Positions 9,484 through 16,809 of a stretch of DNA of 60,871 nt are shown in pieces. Under the pieces are notes generated by a model that saw only the letters and a program-made list of their open reading frames with translations, did not search any database and was not told where the DNA came from. Numbering within the stretch: the stretch's first letter is position 1; every line of letters begins with the position of its first letter. This stretch comes from a bacterium (GTDB lineage: Bacteria > Patescibacteriota > Minisyncoccia > Portnoybacterales > JAKAHB01), in contig JAKAHB010000001.1 of the NCBI GenBank assembly GCA_021815315.1, positions 54,580-115,450 of the forward strand. Direction: 5' to 3'. Made by a program: the position numbers and the translations under genes.

Positions 9484-9541
9484 GACAACCCTCTCTATGT
9501 TTAGTGTGCGGGATCATCCAGCCACAAGGGATGGATGATTT

Positions 9542-9570
9542 ATTATAGGGTAAAAGATTTTTAAACGCAA
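9542..9570 (-). promoter_or_regulatory. Sigma70-like promoter for pyrF-pyrE
   Basis: The minus strand reads TTGCGT, a 17-nt spacer, then TATAAT. An 8-bp inverted repeat ATCATCCA...TGGATGAT (9513-9539) follows in the leader. Confidence 0.45.
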
Positions 9571-9629
9571 GAGAAAAGTGAAAATAAAAGCCAGCCTTTT
9601 TGGGAGGCGGCCTTTTGAGGGTTTGATGT

Positions 9630-9714
9630 TGGTGCCCGGGGCGGGACTTGAACCCGCACGGATTGCTCCACAAGATTTTAAGTCTTGCGTGTCTGCCAGT
9701 TCCACCACCCGGGC
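9630..9714 (-). tRNA. tRNA-Leu (anticodon TAA), class II, CCA encoded
   Basis: Acceptor GCCCGGG/CCCGGGC, anticodon stem CAAGA/TCTTG with loop CTTAAAA, long variable arm, T-arm GCGGG-TTCAAGT-CCCGC. Confidence 0.85.
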
Positions 9715-9721
9715 GTTGGTA

Positions 9722-9976
9722 TTACCTTGCTGATTCTCTTACTATCTGTCTAAGAGAGCTTCTACCTTTACTTGTTTTGAAATATTTTTCTCTCCTAATC
9801 GCATCCTTTTTACTTAAAAATGCTTCATAGAAAATCAGCTTGACGGGAAGCATTCTTTTTGTTGTCCAAACTTTTCCGCTTTTGTGTTCCAAAAAACGTC
9901 TTTTGAGATTATCGGTCCTGCCAATATATAGTCGGTCGTTTTCTCTTTCACTTCTTAATATATATACGTAATGCAT
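9722..9976 (-). CDS. Small GIY-YIG nuclease (COG2827/UPF0213-like, catalytic domain only)
   Basis: 84 aa. MHYVYILRSERENDRLYIGRTDNLKRRFLEHKSG has the Y-I-L...Y-I-G-x-T...R...E pattern of GIY-YIG. Confidence 0.8.
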   Translation of the reverse strand: MHYVYILRSERENDRLYIGRTDNLKRRFLEHKSGKVWTTKRMLPVKLIFYEAFLSKKDAIRREKYFKTSKGRSSLRQIVRESAR

Positions 9977-9988
9977 CTTTTATATTTT

Positions 9989-10040
9989 ACCCCGAACCAC
10001 ATGGGGTTCGGGGTACCCGGCACCCTACGTGGTGCCGGGT
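9989..10040. repeat. Two adjacent GC-rich 10-bp-stem hairpins
   Basis: ACCCCGAACC-acatgg-GGTTCGGGGT (9989-10014) is followed directly by ACCCGGCACC-ctacgt-GGTGCCGGGT (10015-10040). Confidence 0.8.
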
Positions 10041-10075
10041 AAGTCTTGCGTGTCTGCCAGTTCCACCACCCGGGC
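10040..10075 (-). repeat. Duplicated 5' half of tRNA-Leu(TAA), positions 1 to about 35
   Basis: The 36 nt taagtcttgcgtgtctgccagttccaccacccgggc at 10040-10075 are identical to 9679-9714. Confidence 0.9.
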
Positions 10076-10215
10076 TTTATCTTTTTTTCTGTCCTAATCG
10101 TAATTTTTATGGCCCCAAAATCTCGTTTCATAATGAACGGCTAATGCCTGCTAAGCCTTTATTTAAGCGACAATTAGCCACTGGTCGCTAGACCCTAGTC
10201 GCTAAGAACGCTGTG

Positions 10216-10287
10216 AGGCCGGGAGGAGAATCGAACTCCTGAATAAGGGTTTTGCAGACCCTCGCCTTACCACTTGGCTACCCGGCC
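10216..10287 (-). tRNA. tRNA-Cys (anticodon GCA)
   Basis: Acceptor GGCCGGG/CCCGGCC, anticodon stem AGGGT/ACCCT with loop CTGCAAA. Confidence 0.85.
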
Positions 10288-10296
10288 TTTGGTTCA

Positions 10297-11328
10297 TTAA
10301 AGTTTTTTTCTCTGCTTTATTTTTTTTACAAAATCTCGGTAAGTGTCCCGTGGCGTTTTTTCTGTTTCAAATCCGGCGGCCACCAGGTGCCCTCCACCGC
10401 CAAACAAATTGGCGAGAGAGGCGACGTCGTATTCTTTCTCACTGCGCAAACTGGCTTTTGTTTTTTTGGGTTCCCATTCAAAGAGGGTCAGAGAAAAATC
10501 TATCCCTGGGACACCAGCCAAGATGTTGGCAAGCCCAGTCAAGCTCTCACGATTTATATTATATTTTTCTATTGTTTGATGGTCAAGTTGGAGGTAGGCA
10601 AAATTAACTTCCCGATTGATCTCCAACCGCTCAAAGGCGAGAGACAAGGCCCTGGTCGCGCTTTTTAAATCTTTTTGGGCGGTTTGTCTAATAATTTTTT
10701 CCATCAGCACCCCCTTGTTAAGCAGGCGGCTGGCAACCTCCAACGTTTTTGAAGTGGTAGAAATATGGCGAAAATTTCCAGTGTCGCTGACAATTCCGGC
10801 CAAAAGGCAGGTGGCAATTTCTTTTTTAAAGTCTATCCTATTGAGATAAAAAAAGTCGGCAATGATTTCGCAGGTTGAGGAAGCCTTTTCATCAACAACC
10901 AAAATATCCCCAATCTGGTTATACCGTAAATGATGATCAATGGTTATAAAAAAGATTTCTTTTTTGGCGATGTCCTCTTTGATTTCTTTGGGAAAAGCCA
11001 AACGGTCAAAATTGCCGTAATCAAGGCCGATGGCAACCTTAGGTGAAAAACTATCCGATGGTATTATTGCACTCTTTTGCACTATTTTGCACTCTTTTGC
11101 ACTCAAATTTAAGGCATCTTTTATCCCGGGGAGAAAATAAAAATCTTTATAGGAGTCATCTTGAAAAAGAATGGCACTTTTTTTGTTTTGTTGTTTTAAC
11201 CAAAGATGTAACGCCAGGGCGGAGCCAATCCCATCGGCATCGGCCTGTTGATGGCAAGCGAGAACAAAGCTTTCTTCTCTTTTTAAGACGGCAAAAATCT
11301 CTTTAAGTTTTTGTTCTCTTTCGTCCAT
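10297..11328 (-). CDS. nrnA: DHH/DHHA1 phosphoesterase (NrnA-like oligoribonuclease/pAp phosphatase)
   Basis: Carries HQQADADGIGSALAL, ITIDHH and GGGGHLVAAGF motifs. Confidence 0.8.
   Translation of the reverse strand: MDEREQKLKEIFAVLKREESFVLACHQQADADGIGSALALHLWLKQQNKKSAILFQDDSYKDFYFLPGIKDALNLSAKECKIVQKSAIIPSDSFSPKVAIGLDYGNFDRLAFPKEIKEDIAKKEIFFITIDHHLRYNQIGDILVVDEKASSTCEIIADFFYLNRIDFKKEIATCLLAGIVSDTGNFRHISTTSKTLEVASRLLNKGVLMEKIIRQTAQKDLKSATRALSLAFERLEINREVNFAYLQLDHQTIEKYNINRESLTGLANILAGVPGIDFSLTLFEWEPKKTKASLRSEKEYDVASLANLFGGGGHLVAAGFETEKTPRDTYRDFVKKIKQRKKL
11067..11103. repeat. Four TTGCACT motifs at exact 10-nt spacing inside nrnA
   Basis: ttgcactc ttttgcacta ttttgcactc ttttgcactc. The motif starts at 11067, 11077, 11087 and 11097. 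Confidence 0.9.
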
Positions 11329-11689
11329 GACCCTTGCTTTGTTTGATTAAATTGTCAATAAAACCGGCTTTTTCTTGAAAATCATCAACAACGAAATGAA
11401 TAAGAGGCAGAGGCCTCATGAATAATCTGTCCGCCAGTCGTCGTTGCAAAAGGGCCTTCTTCTTATCCAATAATTCCAGAATTTCGCCGGCTCGTTCAAA
11501 AGGGTAGACGCTAAAAAAAACTAAAGCTCTCCGGAGGTTTTTTGTTGTTTCTACTCTTGAAACGGTGACTAAGACGTGGTGGAATTTAATTTCCAGGCCC
11601 AGCAACCTGCCTAGCTCGTCTTTTATAAGCTCGTTTATTTTTGTGATTCTATTTAGCAAGGTTGCGTTATTAATTGCACTTTTTTGCAC
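11303..11689 (-). CDS. rbfA: Ribosome-binding factor A
   Basis: 128 aa. NRITKINELIKDELGRLL...VTVSRVETTKNLRRALVFFSV fits RbfA, and the position after infB is conserved. The track start at 11689 is a GTG. Confidence 0.8.
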   Translation of the reverse strand: MQKSAINNATLLNRITKINELIKDELGRLLGLEIKFHHVLVTVSRVETTKNLRRALVFFSVYPFERAGEILELLDKKKALLQRRLADRLFMRPLPLIHFVVDDFQEKAGFIDNLIKQSKGHGRKRTKT

Positions 11690-11702
11690 TCAACTTTGCA
11701 CT
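11674..11702. repeat. Three TTGCACT motifs (10- and 12-nt spacing) at the infB/rbfA junction
   Basis: ttgcact ttt ttgcact caac tttgcact, with motif starts at 11674, 11684 and 11696. Confidence 0.85.
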
Positions 11703-11709
11703 CAACTTT

Positions 11710-13278
11710 TTATATTTCCTGCTTTTTCTTATGCTCTTCATAGATTTCCAAGACATCTTTGGGCTGGATAGAAGCTTCGCTTTCCACCAAGAGACCACAT
11801 TCTTTATCCTTGGTTACTTCGGACACGTCTTGCTTGTTGTGCTGCAATTGGGTAAGCTTGCCTTCGCCTTGATATTCTCCGTCTCGCAGAATATCAACCT
11901 TTAAACCCCTAATTATTTTTCCTTCCAAGACCTTGCCGCCGATAACCTTTTTAACTCCGGTTTCTTTGAAAGAGGCCAGCACTTCCAGTTTCCCCATAAC
12001 TTTTTTTTCTATCACTGGCTCTAGCAAATTGGCCATGCTTTCGCGAACAGCTTGGATCAATTCATAAATGATATTAAAAATACCGACAGCAACGCCCTCG
12101 CGCTGGGCAATACTTTCAAACTGTTTTTGCACTTTTATTTTAAAGCCGAAGATGCTCGCGTTGGCGGAGCCGGCTAATTTAATGTCGCCTTCGTTTATAT
12201 CGCCGGCGGCGCTTTCTAGAATTCTAATCAGAACTTTTTCCTGATTAATTGCTCCCAGCGCGTCGCTAACAGCCTCTAGTGTGCCGATGGCATCGGCCTT
12301 GAGAATGACGTTCAGGACTTTTTGATCGGCCGTTGGGCTGATAAATTCGCTGGCTCTTCTCTTGACTTCTTCAATGACTCTCTTCTTGGCGGCAATTTCT
12401 TTGGCTATTTCCAAGTTTGGTTGCGCTTGCCATTCTTCACCGACAAAAGGAACATCATTCAGTCCGAGCGCCTGCACGGCCATAGAAGCAGGGGCGGTGA
12501 CAATATTCTTCCTTTGCCAGTCGGTCATGTTTTTGATAATCCCAAAAGTGCTTTCACAGCTGATAATGTCTTTCACTTTTAATTCGCCATTTTTTACCAG
12601 AAGAGTGGCGGTTGCGCCCTTGTTCGCATCCATGTTTGATTCAATGACTACCCCTTGCGCGGGCAAATTGGGGTCGTAGCGCAATTCAGCCATTTCAGCC
12701 AACAGCAAAATCATGTCCAGCAAATCGTCAATGCCTTGGCCAGTTTTAGCGGAAACTTCAACCGCTGGAATGTCGCCGCCATAGGATTCAACAAAAACTT
12801 CGTTTTCTGCCAATTCCTGCTTTACTCTTTGGACATCAATGCCCGGTTTATCAATTTTGTTTAGCGCGACCATAAAGGGCAGGCCGGAGTTTTTAATATG
12901 CGAAATAGCCTCTTTTGTTTGAGGTTTTATGCCCTCGTCGGCCGCCACCACCAAAACGGCGATATCAGCTACTTTGGCTCCGCGCGAACGCATGGCTGAA
13001 AAAGCCTCGTGGCCGGGAGTATCAATAAAGGTAATTAGTTTGTTTTGCGCCGTAGTCACTTGGTAAGCGCCGATATGCTGGGTAATCCCGCCTGATTCTT
13101 TGGCTACCACTTTGGTTTGGCGAATGTAGTCCAAAATAGAAGTTTTGCCATGATCAACGTGACCCAAAACAACCACGACCGGAGGACGAGCCAAAAGACT
13201 ATCTTTTTTAACTACTTTTTGTTTTTCTGGCATTTTAAGTGGGTAATTTTTAATTTCCAATTTTTGAATAAAGCCCAA
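11710..13278 (-). CDS. infB: Translation initiation factor IF-2 (short form)
   Basis: G-domain motifs [25 protein letters not shown] and NKID are present. At 522 aa it lacks the long N-terminal region. Confidence 0.95.
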   Translation of the reverse strand: MGFIQKLEIKNYPLKMPEKQKVVKKDSLLARPPVVVVLGHVDHGKTSILDYIRQTKVVAKESGGITQHIGAYQVTTAQNKLITFIDTPGHEAFSAMRSRGAKVADIAVLVVAADEGIKPQTKEAISHIKNSGLPFMVALNKIDKPGIDVQRVKQELAENEVFVESYGGDIPAVEVSAKTGQGIDDLLDMILLLAEMAELRYDPNLPAQGVVIESNMDANKGATATLLVKNGELKVKDIISCESTFGIIKNMTDWQRKNIVTAPASMAVQALGLNDVPFVGEEWQAQPNLEIAKEIAAKKRVIEEVKRRASEFISPTADQKVLNVILKADAIGTLEAVSDALGAINQEKVLIRILESAAGDINEGDIKLAGSANASIFGFKIKVQKQFESIAQREGVAVGIFNIIYELIQAVRESMANLLEPVIEKKVMGKLEVLASFKETGVKKVIGGKVLEGKIIRGLKVDILRDGEYQGEGKLTQLQHNKQDVSEVTKDKECGLLVESEASIQPKDVLEIYEEHKKKQEI

Positions 13279-13327
13279 GTCCTGACTTCCCTGTCCAATT
13301 TTATTCCCTGAAGTGGCTACCCGGGAG

Positions 13328-13795
13328 TTATTTCTTCACGGCCTCTTTCAGTGTTTTTTCTTCCTCTTTGATCAACGGATGTTCCGGTTTGCCGTTGATG
13401 ATGTTTTTGGCGAAGACTCGATTGCCGTCGCGAGTAAACAGACTTGAAAGTATAACACCGGAGTTTTTAGCGTCAAGCAAGCAGATGGAAAAACTTTGAT
13501 TGCCCCGAGTGTCTTGGAAGGAATTAAAACGACTGACACCAATTTTTTGCAGACCGGAAGCAGCCATTTCTTCCAGATAGAAAGTGAATTTCTTGATATC
13601 GCGAATCTCCTTTTGGCTTTCTCTCAACCGTTTGATTTGCTCAGCTATTATTCCCTCTAGATCTTTGGCCTGGCCGCCCAAAAAGAGCCTGGTTAGTCTT
13701 TTGCGCAAGGATAGGCACTGAATTTGCAAAAAAATATTCCAACCAAACAGGATTAAGATGCCGACAAAAATTAGAGTTGAAGAAAAGGTTGTCAC
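13328..13795 (-). CDS. DUF4446-like membrane-anchored protein
   Basis: N-terminal TM, a coiled segment, then GVSRFNSFQDTRGNQSFSICLLDAKNSGVILSSL, which is typical of DUF4446. Confidence 0.55.
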   Translation of the reverse strand: MTTFSSTLIFVGILILFGWNIFLQIQCLSLRKRLTRLFLGGQAKDLEGIIAEQIKRLRESQKEIRDIKKFTFYLEEMAASGLQKIGVSRFNSFQDTRGNQSFSICLLDAKNSGVILSSLFTRDGNRVFAKNIINGKPEHPLIKEEEKTLKEAVKK

Positions 13796-13823
13796 GGTTG
13801 GTTAATTTTTTAATTTCTGGTGG

Positions 13824-14339
13824 CTAATTTATGAAACCGTTTTCTTTTAGAAGTTCAAGCGTCCTGGCGATAACCCTCTTTTTTCCTTGCTGTTCCAGCT
13901 TTTTTGCTATGGCCAATCCCTCCCGGGAGGAAACCCATTTAAAATCGCTGTATTCTATTTTTTCGGGATCAGCTGGTTCTTTTTGGGCTGCCAAACAAAT
14001 ATAATATTTTTTGCCGACCATAGGGATTTCTTTTCCCCTTGATCTTAGAATCTTTTTTTGCAGGCTTTCTTTGGGAAAAAGAATTCTATCAACAGCAACC
14101 AGCGGATTTGGAGGGATAACCAATGACCCGGAAAACTTTTCGCCCAATTCTTCCTTAGCCTCTCGCAAGATGGCGTCTTTAAAATCGGCCTCTTCTTCGC
14201 GGATGCCTCCCTGGGGAATTTCCCAGATATTATATTCGCCTTTAAGCCCCAAAAGAATTTTTCTTTCCCGGTTGATAACGCAAATTACAACATCGGGTCG
14301 CAAGCCTTGGGCGCGGTCGGCTAAAAAAAGATTTTGCAT
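13824..14339 (-). CDS. NUDIX hydrolase
   Basis: Nudix box GGIREEEADFKDAILREAKEELGE. Confidence 0.85.
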   Translation of the reverse strand: MQNLFLADRAQGLRPDVVICVINRERKILLGLKGEYNIWEIPQGGIREEEADFKDAILREAKEELGEKFSGSLVIPPNPLVAVDRILFPKESLQKKILRSRGKEIPMVGKKYYICLAAQKEPADPEKIEYSDFKWVSSREGLAIAKKLEQQGKKRVIARTLELLKENGFIN

Positions 14340-14607
14340 AGAGGAAGTTGAGTTCTTTTTTGTTGATTATGCCGTAAAAATAGAAAAAAAACAAGACCCT
14401 GACGAGTCCGCTTTGTCCGTTTATTTTGATTCCGAAACTTGGCGATGTATTTTGAAAATAGCTCGAACGGAATTCTGCCCTCGCCGTGCGGAGCGCGGTT
14501 CGGTGCGGCAGGGAAAAAATGCGCGGCTCCGCCGCGCACGCTGACAATTTCAAGTTTTTCTTTGGCGGAATACAAATTCGAGCGTGCGGAGCACGCACAA
14601 AATTGTT

Positions 14608-14654
14608 CTTTCAGAAAAGAAGAAGCCCGCCAGAGGTCCGAAGACATGGCGGGC
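14608..14654 (-). terminator. Terminator of the high-GC membrane gene
   Basis: The minus strand reads GCCCGCCA-tgtcttcggacctc-TGGCGGGC followed by TTCTTCTTTTCT, 6 nt after the stop. Confidence 0.65.
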
Positions 14655-14659
14655 GGGAT

Positions 14660-15253
14660 TCAGCGGATTTCCGCTTTGGCCTTGTGGTTTCGCCGAACGA
14701 AGATGAGCGTCGCGATGATTCCGCTCCCGAGGAACATGTAAATCGAGTAAACGGATATCGCAAACGTCCATGTCTCGACGGCGAATAGGTTAGCGGTGTT
14801 GCCTGCAAAGAACAGAGCCCATGCGGTGCGGTCCGCACTCTCTGGTTCGTGGTACGCCTTCCGAATCGTCGGAAGTGCGGCCACGAAAAAGATGAAGAGG
14901 TTGATGAGCAACGCGACGAGCGGTGAACTGAACATCCACCACAGCACCGCACTCACTCCTGCACCGAGCAGACAGCTCCTGTCGAACCGAGTCCAGCCAC
15001 CTTTGTCGTACTCGATTGACAGAATCGCGGTAGCGAATGACCCGATGTTGTAGCTCACGGGGACCCAGATGGTGTGGTTCGCGCCGGAGGAATAGTAACT
15101 CGCTCCGAGCATGAGACTGACCACCGTCCAAATCCACCATATTGCCCGATTGGGCCTCGTCTTACCTCGCAGAATTGCAAGAATGTATGGAATGAAGGCG
15201 ACAAGAGAGACAAAGCCCGCCACCTTCCCAGCAATAGCCGTGATGCCAGGCAT
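14660..15253 (-). CDS. High-GC polytopic (about 6-7 TM) membrane protein, possibly PQ-loop/SWEET-like
   Basis: I place the start at MPGITAIAG, preceded by AGGAGGGTGA; the track gives an upstream start at 15307. There are repeated TM-then-basic-loop motifs (IPYILAILRGKTRP and LPTIRKAYHEP). The family call is tentative. Confidence 0.55.
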   Translation of the reverse strand: MPGITAIAGKVAGFVSLVAFIPYILAILRGKTRPNRAIWWIWTVVSLMLGASYYSSGANHTIWVPVSYNIGSFATAILSIEYDKGGWTRFDRSCLLGAGVSAVLWWMFSSPLVALLINLFIFFVAALPTIRKAYHEPESADRTAWALFFAGNTANLFAVETWTFAISVYSIYMFLGSGIIATLIFVRRNHKAKAEIR

Positions 15254-15388
15254 TTCACCCTCCTTCTGGCTCGAGTTTTGTGCTATTGCTCGACAAGACC
15301 ACCTCACCGAGCTTCAAAACTACGCTAGTGTATTAAGGCATAAAAGTCAATAACCGGCAAGTTTGCCGATTATTGATAAAAATCTGAT

Positions 15389-15478
15389 TGGCGGAGGGTA
15401 GAGGATTCGAACCCCTGAAGGAATTGCTCCCTTACCGCATTTCGAGTGCGGCCCATTCGTCCGCTCTGGCAACCCTCC
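15389..15478 (-). tRNA. tRNA-Ser (anticodon CGA), class II, CCA encoded
   Basis: Acceptor GGAGGGT/ACCCTCC, anticodon stem CCGCA/TGCGG with loop CTCGAAA, long variable arm. Confidence 0.85.
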
Positions 15479-15521
15479 TTCGGGCGTAGCCCCGCGGGCG
15501 AGCCCAAAGTCTCTGACTATT

Positions 15522-15980
15522 CTACGAACTTAATTTCTCGTTCCAATAAATCGCTTCAATTTTTCTTTTGCCCTTATACGTCCAGTGATGCGTTGTCGGT
15601 TTTTTATTTTGCGAACTGTTGCTGATGGCCCTATCGTTGCCCGCGTAAAACCCGATATGGTCATTCCAGGTTTTGTTGTTGTAGGCTTTTTCCCAAACAA
15701 GAACAGCCCCAATTTTAGGCCTGGCAATCTTTTTCCAGCCGGACTTTTCCAAATCTTTTTCTAGCCCAGCGACGGTCAGGTGCGGGTCTTTGACCAGGCC
15801 GAAAAAATGTAAAATTGTTGAAACGAAAAAAGCGCAAGAAAGCCGGCCGTCGTTGGTAATTTCACTTTTTCTGCCGCTAGTGACCAAATAAAAACCGCGG
15901 AACATATTGCTCCCCACGGCGTTTTTTATCATCGCCAGGTAGCTGTCTTTCAAGGCTATTTTTGGTTTTTTGTCGGGCAT
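15522..15980 (-). CDS. Cytoplasmic NlpC/P60-like (papain-fold) hydrolase, tentative
   Basis: Candidate nucleophile RLSCAFFVS, and later GAVLVWEK...HIGFYAGNDRAISNSS, giving the C...H...polar order of NlpC/P60. No signal peptide. Confidence 0.45.
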   Translation of the reverse strand: MPDKKPKIALKDSYLAMIKNAVGSNMFRGFYLVTSGRKSEITNDGRLSCAFFVSTILHFFGLVKDPHLTVAGLEKDLEKSGWKKIARPKIGAVLVWEKAYNNKTWNDHIGFYAGNDRAISNSSQNKKPTTHHWTYKGKRKIEAIYWNEKLSS

Positions 15981-15981
15981 A

Positions 15982-16524
15982 TTATTTTAATTTGACAAAT
16001 TTTTTCCAGTTTTTTTTGTACCACTCAAATTTTGTTTCAAAATCTTTTTTTGGGGTGGGGAGAACCTTAAGTCGCTTGAAAACATCCTTGACTTGGCCTA
16101 AAGCTTTGCCTGCTTGGTTGGAGGTGGTTAATTTTTCTACCTCTAAAATATAACCATAGCCCCGGGTGAAATCAACGGCAATGTCGCAACCTTGCCACTC
16201 AAAATTATTTCTGGTTCTGTCCCAGGCAATTTCTATTTTGTAGCCTAAAGTTAAAAATAAATTTTTTAATTTGGAAAAATCTTTTTTATCAACTTTTATC
16301 TCAACCTCCTCCCTTGCGTTCGCGTGCAGTTTGCCTCCTTTCAGCCAAACTTTGGCATAGTTGTCACTTTTTTGAATCCGCAGATCGGCCGGGCCGGAGA
16401 AATAATAAGTCAGCTGCTTTTCTTGTTCCAAAAACTTCGCCTTTTTCTTCAAAAATTTTATTAAATCAAGATATTTTTGTTTGTTGATGAAACTGCGAAT
16501 TTCAACTTCTACGTTCTTTCTCAT
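15982..16524 (-). CDS. CYTH-domain (triphosphate tunnel metalloenzyme) protein
   Basis: The N-terminus VEVEIRSF matches the E-x-E-x-K/R signature. A later REEVEIKVD strand fits, and the 180-aa size is right. Confidence 0.6.
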   Translation of the reverse strand: MRKNVEVEIRSFINKQKYLDLIKFLKKKAKFLEQEKQLTYYFSGPADLRIQKSDNYAKVWLKGGKLHANAREEVEIKVDKKDFSKLKNLFLTLGYKIEIAWDRTRNNFEWQGCDIAVDFTRGYGYILEVEKLTTSNQAGKALGQVKDVFKRLKVLPTPKKDFETKFEWYKKNWKKFVKLK

Positions 16525-16563
16525 CGGGAAATTAAAAATAATAAAATTGAAAATTACCTTCAG

Positions 16564-16635
16564 TACCCCCGGTAGGAATCGAACCTACATCTACAGCTTA
16601 GGACGCCGCTGTTCTATCCATTGAACTACGGGGGC
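16564..16635 (-). tRNA. tRNA-Arg (anticodon CCT)
   Basis: Acceptor GCCCCCG with a G1-U72 wobble, anticodon loop GTCCTAA, T-arm GTAGG-TTCGATT-CCTAC. Confidence 0.75.
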
Positions 16636-16784
16636 TTGGAGAGGGAGCCACGAGAGCAGGAGCGCTTACCGGCTCGGTGAACGTTTATTCTAAAATAATA
16701 TTTGGGGCCAAACGCATTTAAAGTGTATGAAAATAAAGAGCTTTAAGCAAGGGACGAAGGTTGATGAGGGGCCTGCTTCAGCGA

Positions 16785-16809
16785 CCAAAAAACCGCCCTG
16801 GGGCGGTTT
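16785..16809 (-). terminator. Rho-independent terminator
   Basis: The minus strand reads CCGCCC-ca-GGGCGG followed by TTTTTTGG. Confidence 0.6.

Noticed and set aside
7697-9538. Many long ORFs on both strands overlapping pyrE/pyrF (for example 7697-8647 +, 8451-8771 -, 8644-9060 +, 9095-9538 +).
   Set aside because: They are shadow frames typical of high-GC DNA, rich in Arg/Gly/Pro/Ala with no motifs. The pyrE and pyrF frames carry the recognisable signatures.
9715-10039. Possibility that the GIY-YIG region is a bona fide group I intron splitting tRNA-Leu(UAA).
   Set aside because: The tRNA at 9630-9714 is contiguous and complete. Only about 70 nt of non-ORF sequence remains, which is too little for a group I catalytic core. 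I keep it as a duplication/insertion footprint instead.
10175-10203. Shared motif tagccact..ctagaccctag just downstream of tRNA-Cys, seen again downstream of tRNA-Val(TAC) at 34726-34744.
   Set aside because: It occurs only twice and the copies are short and imperfect. It is plausibly a tRNA 3' trailer or processing hairpin, and the evidence is not enough to call a repeat family.
11067-11702. TTGCACT arrays considered as a CRISPR array or as CIRCE elements.
   Set aside because: The units are only 7-10 nt with no unique spacers, so they are not CRISPR. The copies are direct rather than inverted with a 9-nt gap, so they are not canonical CIRCE.
14242-15353. Stack of overlapping ORFs around the high-GC membrane gene (14611-14952 -, 14790-15140 -, 14796-15053 +, 15074-15328 + and others).
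   Set aside because: They are compositional artefacts. Only the 14660-15253 frame has a ribosome-binding site, a coherent TM pattern and a terminator.
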